Source: Eukaryota sp. TZLM1-RC
Lineage: Eukaryota > Protista > Metamonada: BaSk clade
Direction of reading: 5' to 3'
DNA length: 64,000 bases
Assembly (NCBI GenBank): GCA_040285825.1
Contig: JAUPSS010000004.1
Coordinates: 1,240,001-1,304,000 of the forward strand
Of the stretch, positions 12,573 to 24,699 are shown one piece after another; the stretch's first letter is position 1, and each line of letters opens with the position of its first letter. Under the pieces are notes generated by a model. That model was not told the DNA's origin. It ran no database searches and worked only from the letters and a program-made list of their open reading frames with translations. The translations under genes and the position numbers were made by a program.

Positions 12573-14231
12573 ATTCTCGTTCCATTAATTCTATATGTAG
12601 TATAAATATACCAGATACTTTACTTTCGAATTACGAGATACCTCCAATAGACGAAGATTCTGATTCGGACTTTGAAGACATCCCATCAATTTCATCCCTA
12701 AGTAGACACCAGGACTTACCTATTTTTTCTTCTTGGTTCTCTAAAATAAGATCTGAACAACAAATAGCCAAAAATAATAATGACCCTCTATTTGAGAATG
12801 CAATTCTAGATGAAAATACTCAAATTTGGAAAAACAATAAAGATAAAATTTTAATTCCAAAAAGCCTCAGAAAACAGGCACTATTATTAATTCATGGATT
12901 GGTTCAATCAGGCCACCCCAGCAAAAACGACAGTCTACATAAACTGTCCAAAAGCGATTTTTTCTGGCCTAATATGAGAAAGGACCTCATGAACCACATC
13001 AAAAGATGCCCAACTTGTCAAAAAACGCCACCAGTTAAAAGAATAAAAACACCTTCCACAGGTTCCCTTTGGGCAGATCGTCCTTTTGCTAGATTAAATG
13101 TCGACACAATTGGACCTCTGAATACTGATAGTGATGGTAATAAATACTTATTAGTATTTGTAGATTCTTTTACTGGATATTCAATTTTAGTCCCTCTAAA
13201 GGAACTCAATGCCTTAGAGACCGCAGACGCTTTGATTTGGAACGTTTGCGCAATTTTTGGCATACCTATGTTAATTCATAGCGATAATGGTTCTGAGTTC
13301 GCCAATGAGACTTTTAAAATAGTGTGTAATATATTAGCTATTGAGATGAGTAACTCAATACCCCACTACTCTGAAAGTAATGGACTCGTAGAACGAAAAC
13401 ATAGAGACGTTCTACAATGCTTGAGGAAATTATTAATAGATTTTAATGATTATGGGAAATTGGTCTACTTATGTAGCCATATCCCAACTATTAATAAATT
13501 CCACTAAAAGCAGAAAGACAGGTTTTAGACCTAACGAACTAATGTTCGGATCTTCGATTAGTCCAAGATCGGACCCTGCAAACATATTAGGAAACTTATC
13601 AAAATTTGATTCCAATATACCTTTATTAGACGATATTAAAATGAAAAATACTCGTCTGCAAGAAAAAATGGAAGAAGCAGAGCGTCATCAATCATTAAAT
13701 ACTCCGATTTCAGTAGACAATACTAATTCGCGTTCTATAGTATTTAATATTGGTGACTATGTCCTACGTAAAACCAAACAGAATAATAAATTGCATGGAT
13801 CTTGGAATGGACCCTTTTTAGTAATAGACCAACCTTCCAACTCTACTTTATTATTAAAAAATCTTATCACTGGCATCGAATTAAAGGCTGCTAAGAAAGA
13901 TTGCAAAATCTATAACGCTGAGAATCCCCAGGATATCGAATTTCTTAAGGCAGTCGCAGCAGGCGATGCTGAAAAACACGTTATAGAGAAAATCCTCTCA
14001 GAATACCACTCTGATTCAGGTAGTTGTTGTACTGTTCAATGGTTTGGCGGTGAGACAACAGAAGAGCCTCTTATTGGATTAAACATTCAGAAGCTTATAA
14101 GTTATTTAATAAGGATAACAAGAAAATTGGAAAACGTACCACTAGTCGACGCCAAGGTACCTCCAATGAGTCTCCGCCCTCTAAGAGGCCTAGACGTAGT
14201 AATAGAATTGGGAAGCGGAGCTAATTCTTAG
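12573..14231 (+). mobile_element. Ty3/Gypsy family A pol 3' part (integrase plus chromo-like tail), frameshifted
   Basis: Inverted near-identical copy of 5413-7057. Confidence 0.9.
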
Positions 14232-14349
14232 TTTATATCGATTATTTATATTATGTCGATTATATATATTTATAGTTATTTCGTTATTTGTATATAGTTT
14301 TGTTTCATATTCATATAAGCTGATTTATTTTGAAAAAGGGAAGAATCAG

Positions 14350-14427
14350 TGTTGGTGCCCTAAGGCTTATATAATATGAATAGAAAATAAATGAACTTTT
14401 CCTTACTACAATAGACTTTAGGCAACA
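14350..14427 (+). repeat. Very short LTR (78 bp) of Gypsy family A
   Basis: PPT gaaaaagggaagaa followed by TGTTGG...GGCAACA. Confidence 0.75.
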
Positions 14428-14715
14428 GAAGAGATTGCTCTCATTCTTTGTGACTTTAAAATTGAGTTCGGTTTTCTCAAATTATGACAAACAGATTCAG
14501 TGAAATTCTAAGGGCAATTAAGGAATGGTGATAGAAACTTTTTTAAGACATGACAGGGACACTAAGATGCATCTATGTCTGAAAGGCAGAAGGGATGTGC
14601 AGGTTCACAAAATGTACGTACTGTGGTTGAATTTTAGGTTGAATACAAATCCTTTTTTTTTCCTTCCCTCCCTAATCCCTCCCTAATCCCTTTTTTGTGT
14701 TGCTGAGTTATTGAG

Positions 14716-15793
14716 ATGCCTTTGACCTTTGAAATTCTTTCAAACATCAATTCTCTCCGTCAGCTGTTGTCTATAAAACTTCACGCGTCTGAGGACACTC
14801 GATCTCGAGCATGCGTTGCATTTTACTTTCAATCTCTTTCACAGTCTGAGGTAACACTTCTATTCGGAGCTTCACAATCTTCTCTGTCACGTTGGCTAAA
14901 CCAAGCTATCAATCCTGATCTGTGGGGCCATACAAACGCAAACGAACCCGCATTATAACCCAAAAGGAAATCATTATATTATGTCAGCTTGTTGACAAAC
15001 ATCCACAGCTTTTTTTATATCAAATGCAACAGAAGACTATCTATCTATTTGGTAAATATGTTTCCCTCAGCACAATTCGAAGGGTGATAATCAATGCTGG
15101 TTACACTCACAAAGTGGCAACCAAACTGGTCAAACACTGTAAAAGGAGGTTAATTGAAAATTTCGAAAACTTATTTACTAATCTAATAGGAACTGTGGTT
15201 CATTCACAATTATTGTTCATTGACGAACTATCATTTAGGCAAGAACAGTTTTGTCGTAAGACTGGTTGGTCACCTGAAGGTGAACCTGTTATCATTCCAG
15301 TTAAGCAAATGAATGCAATGCATATCTCTTTGGTTGTGTGTATAAATCAATGGAGTTATGTTACGGGTCATATGAAAGAAGGCCATTTTAACCGTCATGA
15401 ATTTATTGGTTTTTCAAAAGATATTATTGAATCTGGAATAACACACAGATTTCCAGGAAACAGATCTGTTTTGGTATTGGATGGATGTAGAATCCATACT
15501 GGACCTGAAATTTTCCATGCAGTTCGTAAGGTTGGCTAAGGTATTTGATATTGCCACCATACTCACCTAGGTCTAATCCAATGGAAACTTTTTTTGCTAT
15601 ATTACGCAAAAAAGTTCGAACGGAGGCACAACTTTACCCACAAGCTCCTGCTACCCAACTCATTATGTCATCGCTCGAATCTTTACGCAAATACAATAGT
15701 TCTTCTTTATTTGAGAGGGCAGGATGGGTTCATGGTGAGTGTTATAAATCACTATATTTGTCTAATTCGAAACTAGCAGTCTATGTCGAATAG
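14716..15793 (+). mobile_element. Second-family IS630/Tc1-like transposase, full length with two frameshifts
   Basis: HTH (FGASQSSLSRW), VSLSTIRR, FIDELSF, FPGNRSVLVLDGCRIH, LPPYSPRSNPME. Confidence 0.9.
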
Positions 15794-15873
15794 AATTACC
15801 ACATTTGTTGATGTTATAAAGACTCGTATGACTTACAATTAAACGGAATTTTTATGATAATTTCAAACTAATA

Positions 15874-16831
15874 CTAGAACATATGCGGATCAGTTACATT
15901 TGCTGCACAATTAAAAAGTTTCTCCGCATCTTTTGAAAGATCAGTTGGACAGGGAGGTGAAACAAGTAAAAAGCGAATAAATTCTCCAATTTCGATATCA
16001 ATTTTCTTTGATAAAACCTTTTCATAATTGGCCAGATCTTCTTTCAATTGTATTCTTTTTTTACCAATAAATTGGATAATCTGTTCTTCAGTCTTAGTTT
16101 TAGCAGTGTTTTCTGACAAATCTTTGAGTAATCGAAACTTCAACACAGCAGCTGGCACAACACTCAAATCATTTAGCTTATTATTTTCATAAAGAGTTTT
16201 AAACAACACCCATCCTTGAGTAGACAAAGCCAAATTGGGATGAAGTTGTTGTAGACTGTCAATGCTTATAGCACGAGCTATTTTCAACCTGTGCTTTTCT
16301 AAATCGAGTTCGTATTGAGACTTATCCATGTTGGGAAACACTTTGATCAAACAGTTATTATCATCTTTCAGCCATTTTTGAAAGACTGAATCTGTTAGAG
16401 ACTTCCAATTTTTGATGGCAGCTGTTCTTTTGGCTAGAATCAACAAATCAGTAGTAAATAAGTATGTTTTGTTAACGTTAGCCTGTTCAACAAAATGGCT
16501 AGATAAAAACTTAACAAATTCATTGAGACGAGCATCACTGTTGTTGAACCAAAACCCCATTTCCTCTTCATAAAAAAAAGAGGCAGAGGACTTATATTTT
16601 GCAAAATATCCACTTACGTTGTGTCCAGTTATCCATGTTGGACCAACTGAAAGAGTCAACATTTATAGAAGTGGATGTGTCTGAAGAAGATGTTTCTTCC
16701 AATGTTTCTGCTTGCCTTGTTTCATAGGTGTGCATTGGTAGTACATCATCATAAATACTCCAGTCAGTCTCGTTAAAGTCAGTATTGCATTTTTTTGTAG
16801 GTGTGTTGTAGTTTTCTGAAGGAAAAGACAT
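15874..16831 (-). CDS. Hypothetical accessory protein convergent with the IS630 transposase (probable frameshift near 16660)
   Basis: 262-aa open frame plus an overlapping upstream frame starting ATG at 16831. Tail-to-tail, 80 bp from the transposase stop. Confidence 0.55.
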
Positions 16832-16966
16832 GTATTTTGTAGAAGAGACAAAAAAGGGATGAAAGTGGGAATTGGAAGGGGAATTCACCTTGAGTGAATC
16901 TCACACTGTTACTGTGAGACTCACAGTAGCAACAGCCATTATTCATTCCATCTATTCTCCATTCAA

Positions 16967-19018
16967 ATGACTCACCATCACCATCTTGAGCAATGTACTT
17001 GTTCCTGTAACTCAAGAACACACGGTTCAACAAACCTCCCTCTCGATCAACTGCATCATGCTACGGTTGGGCATGATGTAGATAGAAGTCGAACTTGCTC
17101 TCCTCAAACGGTTCTTGATATATCTTCTATGACAATCCCCGAATTCACTGACATCTCTCCCACACATGAAGACCGACCCCTTTCTACTCATTCTTACTCC
17201 CCTCCGATCGATCGGAAGCTAGGAGTTGAGGCAATCTTCAGTTGTGATTCACATACCCTTCTTCTCACTTATTCTGGTGAAGTTTACGGTTGGGGGTGGA
17301 ATTATGTAAATCAAATAATACATAAACGACTTTTAACAATCAAATCACCAATCAAATTACCCATACATGATATCGTCACCATTTCAGCTGGTCACTTTCA
17401 CTCACTTGCCCTCTCTTCTGATGGCAAGTTGTATGGTTGGGGTGAAACTAGGTTTTACCAAACCAATATGTCAAGTAGCCTGTCACTTCCAATTACTCCA
17501 ATAGACATTCCTTATATTATTAAGGAAATTTATTGTGGATCTAGATGTTCATTTGCTTTAACCCATGAAGGTCAAGTTGTGAAATGGGGAAATGGTAAAT
17601 CATTTGAATTAATTAAAGGATTAAATAATATTGTGTCTCTTTCTTTGTGCGATGGTTCTTTTGTAGCTGTTGATAGAAATGGTGCTTTCTTTTTCTTGAA
17701 TAAGCAAATTAAACACTTACAGGTTATTAATTGTCTTATTCCCAAACAACCATTCCAGGGTTCTTTTTATTTTGATGATAATTGTCTACTTGTTGTTGAT
17801 GTTAATGGTGATGTGTGGTGGTTCAATGTGGATGATCCTTTCAATAACAAACCCACCAAGGTTGAAGGTTTAAGTAATATTGTCTTTATTAGTGGTTATG
17901 ATGGTATTTATGCTGCCATTGACAATAGTGGTAAAGTTTTTGTTTGGGGTAAGTTGAGCCGAATAAGTGATTTTTATAAAGATATTCATGAACCAAGATG
18001 TATTGAAGCATTCACTAATATAGAAGGTATTTCAGTAGGTCGTAACTTCCTTTTCGCATACAACAAAAACACTGTTTGGGCTTGGGGAAGGAACGATGAA
18101 GGCCAATTAGGTACTGGTGATTTGATTGATCGACCACAACCTGTCAAAGTCTTTGGGTCTGAAGTACTTGGCAGTTTGAATTCTCCAAAAGAACCTTTGA
18201 ATAGAATGTTTAGTGGTCTTATCAAATTAATTTACTTGGAGTATTTACAATATTTGAAAAACTTGTTTGGTAACCATCCTTATACAAAAGCCAGATTCTA
18301 TACCAAATGTGCAATTAGCAAGAAAGTGACTAAATTTGCTAAACAAGTGATTAATGGTTTAGAATTTTTAAAAGATCCTCAAGATTTAACTTTAAACGAA
18401 AATATTTGTGATTTACAATTGCAATTGTCAAGTGATTATAATGGTCCTAAAGTAATTAATACTAGAATCAAAAAACTTGATTTTTACTGTGATGAAGTTG
18501 ATTATGATCCTCAATTATTGTCATTTTTCCCAAATGTTGAGGTGGTTAAGCATGTTAAAAGGACGAGACTTGGCAGAAAGTTTAAGTTTTCCTTAAACTT
18601 GTCAAATTTCTCAAATCTCAGATGCGTTGATGTTTATCGATTCAAAATACTACAATTACCCACTTCACTAGTGAAGTTAGTTCTTACTGATGTTGACCTT
18701 CAAGATGCTGATTTAAGCTATCTTACATCATTAAAAGAATTGTTGGTGTTATCTTCTAGTCAAAATTGTACCATTTCAAAACGAGTGTGTGAAGGGCAAT
18801 TAGCTGTCTCTCCCTCCATTGTTAGATTGGAGTTCAATTTTTTGTTTGATGTCACTATTCAAGTTTGTTTTCCAAAATTGACGGAATTGATAATTCATGG
18901 CAATGTTCCCAATAATATCACTAAACAAAACTTCCCTTCTTTGAACTTTGTTCAACTGAAGAAAGTTATTAAAGAAAAACAGTCCAGAGCTTTCCCAACT
19001 TCATCAAAAAAATTTTAA
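16967..19018 (+). CDS. RCC1-repeat plus leucine-rich-repeat protein
   Basis: ISAGHFHSLALSSDGKLYGWG and VWAWGRNDEGQLGTGD repeats, C-terminal LSYLTSLKELL-type LRRs. An A-rich insert near 19005-19045 cuts off the family tail. Confidence 0.85.
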   Translation: MTHHHHLEQCTCSCNSRTHGSTNLPLDQLHHATVGHDVDRSRTCSPQTVLDISSMTIPEFTDISPTHEDRPLSTHSYSPPIDRKLGVEAIFSCDSHTLLLTYSGEVYGWGWNYVNQIIHKRLLTIKSPIKLPIHDIVTISAGHFHSLALSSDGKLYGWGETRFYQTNMSSSLSLPITPIDIPYIIKEIYCGSRCSFALTHEGQVVKWGNGKSFELIKGLNNIVSLSLCDGSFVAVDRNGAFFFLNKQIKHLQVINCLIPKQPFQGSFYFDDNCLLVVDVNGDVWWFNVDDPFNNKPTKVEGLSNIVFISGYDGIYAAIDNSGKVFVWGKLSRISDFYKDIHEPRCIEAFTNIEGISVGRNFLFAYNKNTVWAWGRNDEGQLGTGDLIDRPQPVKVFGSEVLGSLNSPKEPLNRMFSGLIKLIYLEYLQYLKNLFGNHPYTKARFYTKCAISKKVTKFAKQVINGLEFLKDPQDLTLNENICDLQLQLSSDYNGPKVINTRIKKLDFYCDEVDYDPQLLSFFPNVEVVKHVKRTRLGRKFKFSLNLSNFSNLRCVDVYRFKILQLPTSLVKLVLTDVDLQDADLSYLTSLKELLVLSSSQNCTISKRVCEGQLAVSPSIVRLEFNFLFDVTIQVCFPKLTELIIHGNVPNNITKQNFPSLNFVQLKKVIKEKQSRAFPTSSKKF

Positions 19019-19104
19019 AAAAAAATAAAATTAAAAAATTTAGATTCATTTATCAAGGTGTTATCAAGTCCGTTCAGCCAGTCAAGAATGAATATTTAGT
19101 TGAA

Positions 19105-19422
19105 TTGTCTTGTTTTCCATGGTGGATTCAGTATGAAACTTCTGTTTTTGAAGCTAATAAGGGAGAAGCTATGTTCAACTTAGCCGTTTGTTATTTTCAT
19201 GGCAGCAGTGTTGATCAAGACCATCAGCAAGCTTTTTGTTGGTTTCAACAAGCTGCTGATGCTGGTCATGCTGGTGCTATGTTTGGATTAGGTGTTTGTT
19301 ATGAACACGGTAACGGTGTACCTAAAGACATTCATCATGCTCTTCAATGGTACGAAAGGGCCAAGGATGCTGGCAGTGAAGATGCTGCTGAAAAAATAGA
19401 AGATTGTAAAAGACAATTGTAA
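19105..19422 (+). CDS. Sel1-like repeat fragment fused to the RCC1-LRR family tail
   Basis: AMFNLAVCYFHG...AADAGHAGAMFGLGVCYEHGNGV. Confidence 0.75.
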   Translation: MSCFPWWIQYETSVFEANKGEAMFNLAVCYFHGSSVDQDHQQAFCWFQQAADAGHAGAMFGLGVCYEHGNGVPKDIHHALQWYERAKDAGSEDAAEKIEDCKRQL

Positions 19423-19559
19423 TGTTTTACGAATCAAATATGTGTTAAATATATTCAACTTATAAGAGTTGGAACATTGTTTGGAAAGAGTTTAATCAAT
19501 TGAAAACAATCACCACACCCTGGTCTATTTCTAAATATGGAAAACAGAACCAATCTCTT

Positions 19560-20053
19560 TTCACACATATGTCGAGAACATAATGTACAGATATGTTCAT
19601 CATCAGAAAAGCGAGGCTAAGTTATAAAAAAGAATGGCTAAGAAACAGTGGAAGCAAGAAGACACTATCCTTATGTTTGGTGACAATCACAATAACTCAA
19701 AGAATTCAAAGCATCATCGATCAAGTAGATGTGTTGGATGGAGAAATTTCCTTAAGAGAAATGATTACACAATATGTTTAGTTGATGAATGCAAAGTGTC
19801 CAACTTGCCAGTAAATGTTTTTCTTGACGTTAAGAATTCTATACCATGGATGAGAAAGAACTATCCTACTGTGAAATGTCATGCTTTGTTAAGATGTCGA
19901 TCTGATGTTGGAAAAGAATGTGATGGAAAGGATAAGGTATGGAATCGTAACAAGTTAGCATGTATCAACATCAAGGCACTTGTAGATTATTTTGTAGAGG
20001 ATAGTGTTGGTGATAGGTCTTCATATTTGTCTCAAGTTATAGTTTTTTACTAG
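19560..20053 (+). pseudogene. Decayed Fanzor1 C-terminal (RuvC-II, zinc finger, RuvC-III) fragment
   Basis: QKSEAKL...ILMFGD...CLVDEC...VKCHALLRC...WNRNKLACINI...GDRSSYL. The catalytic NRD motif is altered to NRN. Confidence 0.8.
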
Positions 20054-21589
20054 AAAATTGGAAGCATTTTTTGGATTTTTTTCAAAGGAAAGTACTTTTT
20101 AAGACTTTAGTTCATACAGTGCATATAGTGAAATCTAAGTAGAATTCTCCCAACTTTCATACATAAATTAAAAGTACACGTTACCTCTAATATTTACCCG
20201 ATGTAAAAACTATTCAAGACTAAAACTATTAGTTGAAGAAAGAAATTGATTTACAAATTCCCAAATTCCTAAGGAAATTAAAGAAACCCAATCAAAACTT
20301 GGCTTTTGAGACCATTTCTTCAACCTCAAAAGATGTTGTTGCTTAAGTTGAATTTTGTCATAATATATAACATGTGTGGTAATAAGTAACTGCAGTTCAA
20401 CACGTTTCAAGTTCTAGTATGGTTCTATTTTGTATCAAAAAAAGAGTGGTTATCTATTTTGTAATGGACTAAAACACCTTAATCATAATTGTAATACATT
20501 GACAAAACGTTTATTGAGGAATGTTCATCTGAAATTGGAGAGGGCAGATTGGAGAACCAAACTTTTGAAAACATCTTGTTTCGATGATGTCACAAATTGA
20601 ATTTATTTTGTGGTTGTAGTAGTGTACTTAAGAATTAACAAAGCGAATGTATTCTCTAAAAATAAAACTAATAACAATTTAATTGTAAAACCATCTCATT
20701 GCATCAACAAAATTTAGCTTCTTGTATCCTATTTTTGGTGAAAGTCACGCTATTAAAAAGAAAACAGTCAAACATCAGTAAATGATGATTGAAATGTGTA
20801 AATAAAAAAATATATAAAAACAATCAACAATGATTTAATTTCATTGAATCACTCAACAAACCAAAAAAATTTAGGGAAAGTATTCACACCACTAAAAAAT
20901 TTAGAATCATAGTAAAAAAATTCTATTATAAAAACTTATTCATCTTAATAATATATCTTAATATTTTATTTGATGATGTCATCATGTCTGTGTTTTTAGT
21001 TACATGAAAGCTACAATGACTTAGTACTTCAATTCTTACATCACTAAATTCATCACAAACATAACCCTCTATCATCATGTATCATACTTTATACGTACTA
21101 AATCTCTATTGATCTTCAAATATTTTTTTAACTGAGTGTATTTATTAAGAAATAAGTCTTTCAAAGCAGAAGATTCTTCCGATTTACTCCAATCTGAATC
21201 ATCACTACTGTCTTCCACATCAAACTGAAAAGCATGAGTTCTGGAACTGAAACCGGATTGAGGTCGAATAGCATAACATTCAAAGGCACAGATGTTGTTT
21301 GGGCAGCGAGAATGGATTCTGGTGTGTTCTGACTTGTTGTAGACAAAATAGGTACTGTTTTTGACTGAATCTAGGCTATGATTCAGGAGTTGATGACGTC
21401 ATCATGTGTTTGCAGCGTGACCAGCAAAAGAAGTTTTAGTCATGTTTAACTAAAAAATCGTGGGTAGATTTGGACATGTCCCAGGCCCTTTTATTTATTA
21501 TTATTCTAATAATTGACTCAATAATCACTCAGACTAACTTCACCAGTGAATTAAGTAATTGCTCTGTAATAAAGTAATAATTTCAATCA

Positions 21590-23700
21590 CATATCCATAA
21601 GTGGGATACTGAATCCACCATGGAAAACAAGATAATTGAATCAGATACACATTGTGGAAATACTGGACAGATCAAATTACATTTTCATCAACAAGTTTTC
21701 TAGGAGATAGAGAGGAATTCAACAGACTTTGCTCTGCTTCAATCAATTGAATAAACTTTAAAGAAGGAAAGTTTTGTTCAGTGATATTAGTAGGAATACT
21801 GTGATGAATTATCAATTCCTTAACGTTTGGTAATATTGCTTGCACATTGGTTACATGTACCAACTCGACTTCCAATTTAACAATACTTTTAGTTAAAAGT
21901 ATTTCCGCTTTCATTATGCCCAAGGAAGTACCGTGAGATAACACCACCAGTTCCTTTAATGATTTCAGATGACTTAAATCAGGGAGCTCATTGATGTTTG
22001 GTAATTGAATTTCAATATTAACAGGTTCTTCCAACCAAATATCCGATCTAACAATGGATTGAGGTAAAGAAATTTGACCTTCTACTATGTATCGTGAAAT
22101 GTTTGGAGACTTCACAACCAGCTCCTTTAATGATGCAAGGTAGCTTAAATCAATACCCGCAATGTCAAAATCTTTAAGCACCAACTTCACTAGTGAAGTG
22201 GGTAATTTTTCTATATTGATTTCAAAGTCAAGTTGCAGACATTTGAGATTTGATAAATGTGCCAAATTTAAGGAAAATTTTCGACCAGATCTACACCTTC
22301 CACCAAGCTTAACAACCTCAACATTAGGGGAAAATGTCAACAATTGTGGATCATAATCAACTTCATCACAGTAAAAATCAAGTTTTCTAACTCTAGTATT
22401 AATTACTTTGGGGCCATTATAATCACTTGATAATTGCAATTGTAAATCACAAATATTTTCGTTTAAAGTCAAATCTTGAGGATTTTTCAAAAATTCAAAA
22501 CCATTAATCACTTGCTTAGCAAATTTAGCCACTTTCTTGCTAATTGCACATTTGGTATAGAATCTGGCTTTTGTATAAGGATGGTTACCAAACAAATGTT
22601 TCAAATATTGTAAATATTCAAAGTAAATTAATTTGATTAGACCACTAAACATTCTGTCCAAAGGTTCTTTTGGAGAATTGAAACTGCCAAGTATTTCAGA
22701 TCCAAAGACTTTGACAGGTTGTGGTCGGTCAATCAAATCACCAGTACCTAATTGGCCTTCATCGTTCCTTCCCCAAGCCCAAACAGTGTTTTTGTTATAG
22801 GCAAAAAGAAAGTTATGACCTACTGAAATACTTTCTACATTAGTGAAAGCATCAATACATCTTGGTTCATCACTATCTTCATAGAACTCACTTATTCGGC
22901 TCAACTTACCCCAAACAAAGACTTTACCACTATTGTCAATAGCAGCATAAATACCATCATAACCACTAATAAAGACAATATTACTTAAACCTTCAACCTT
23001 GGTGGGTTTGTTATTGAAAAAGGTCTTATTGAAAAAGGTCCCTGATTGAACCACCAAACATCACCGTTAGCGTCAATAACGAACAATAATTTATCATCTA
23101 ATAAACAAGAGTTTTTAACAAAATCTTTAAGATTTAAGTACTTAGTAATTCGTACCGTAAACGGAAAATAATGATAAGAATTACGAGAATGATAGTCATC
23201 AATATAACAGAGCAAAGCACCAATTTCATCAACAGCTACAAAACAGTTAAGAAATACAGAAAGAGACACAATATTACTTAATCCTTTAATTAATTTAAAT
23301 GATTTATCTTTTCCCCATTTAACAACTTGCCCTTCCTAGGTTAAAGCAAATGAACATCAAGATCAACAATAAATTTTTTTTTAATATTATAAGGAATGTC
23401 TATTGGAGGAATTGGAAGTGAATGATTTTTCGACATGTTTATTTGATTGTCCCAGCCGAATAACTTGCCATCAGAAGAGAGGACAAGGGAATAATCATGA
23501 CCAACAGAAATAGAAATAAAATTGGTGATTGGCAATTTGATTGGTGTTTTGATTGTTTGTCCATTATAAAAATTATATAAAACTTGACCATTTTTATTGT
23601 ACCCCCACCCATAAACGCCCCCAGAAAAGGCAAGAAGAAGACTGTAGTCAAAATATTCCGACACGTCGGATTTCCTTCAGTGATATTGACATTCACCAAA
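21590..23700 (-). pseudogene. RCC1-LRR paralogue, frameshifted
   Basis: Highly similar to 16967-19018 and split over several ORFs. Confidence 0.85.
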
Positions 23701-23739
23701 TGTCACTATTATCTTGAAATGACTTTTATGATCAAATCA

Positions 23740-24420
23740 GTAAGATGATTGATAAACATTATTTATTTGGAGAATTGCCACTCAAAACCAACGTTGAGAA
23801 GACCATCGGTCCCGGGACTACTAAATCTGCCTTTTTTCAACAAAAAGATTCGTCAGTGTGTTCTGAAGACAGCTTACGTACTAACGGTTCAATAAAAGCC
23901 TCAATAGTGATACTTTTGCACATAGCATATAATTGATCACGAACTGAGTCATGAACAATTGAGCGATAGGTAAGAAAACATTTGCAGTTTAAAATATGGG
24001 AAAGCGTAACCACATTCCCACAACGACAAATTAATTCATTTGGTTACGAACATGGTCATTAGAAACATCTCATTCTCATAATAGTAGTCCATTGGTGATC
24101 ATTGAGTAGAAGGCCATAAATGTTGGGAACTTGGGAGATTAGGCAACTTGAACAACTGTCTTAAAGGTCAATCAAAAAACGTACAATATAATCCAAGTTT
24201 TCTAAAACATTCAAGATTTTTTGCTGCAATTTTGCAAAAGTCAGTGGTAAGGAGAGCAAGCTTCTTGGAAAAAGTTCCACAATATCAGAAGGGAAACATT
24301 TAGCCCAAATATTGGGTAAAAGAGTTTTAATTTCCTGTTGCAAAGAAATAAGATAAGAGCTGCCACAATTTTCAATGAGATGAATTTTTTTAGGAAAACG
24401 ATTCACAAATTCATAAATAA
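23740..24420 (-). mobile_element. Degraded RLE non-LTR fragment
   Basis: CKCFLTYRSIVHDSVRDQLYAMCK...IEPLVR...ADLVVPG. Confidence 0.75.
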
Positions 24421-24699
24421 AATCTAAAATAGAAATAAATAGAAATAAAGTAGGGTTCTTTCTTTAGCCAAGCTAAAACGTACAAGATGTCCAAGTGTTC
24501 TAAAACTTCTAAGATTTTTTTCTGTCATTAAATAAAACGTTAAAATCATTGTTAGGTGTCATTAGAACTAATGTGGATTATTTGTAGTTGCCCAAATGTT
24601 GGTCTTGATTTTCCTAGTTCTATTGTATTGTATAAAAAATGGCAGAATCAAAAATACCACATTTTGCAAAATTCTTGTGGTCCTGATTCGTAAAATGAA

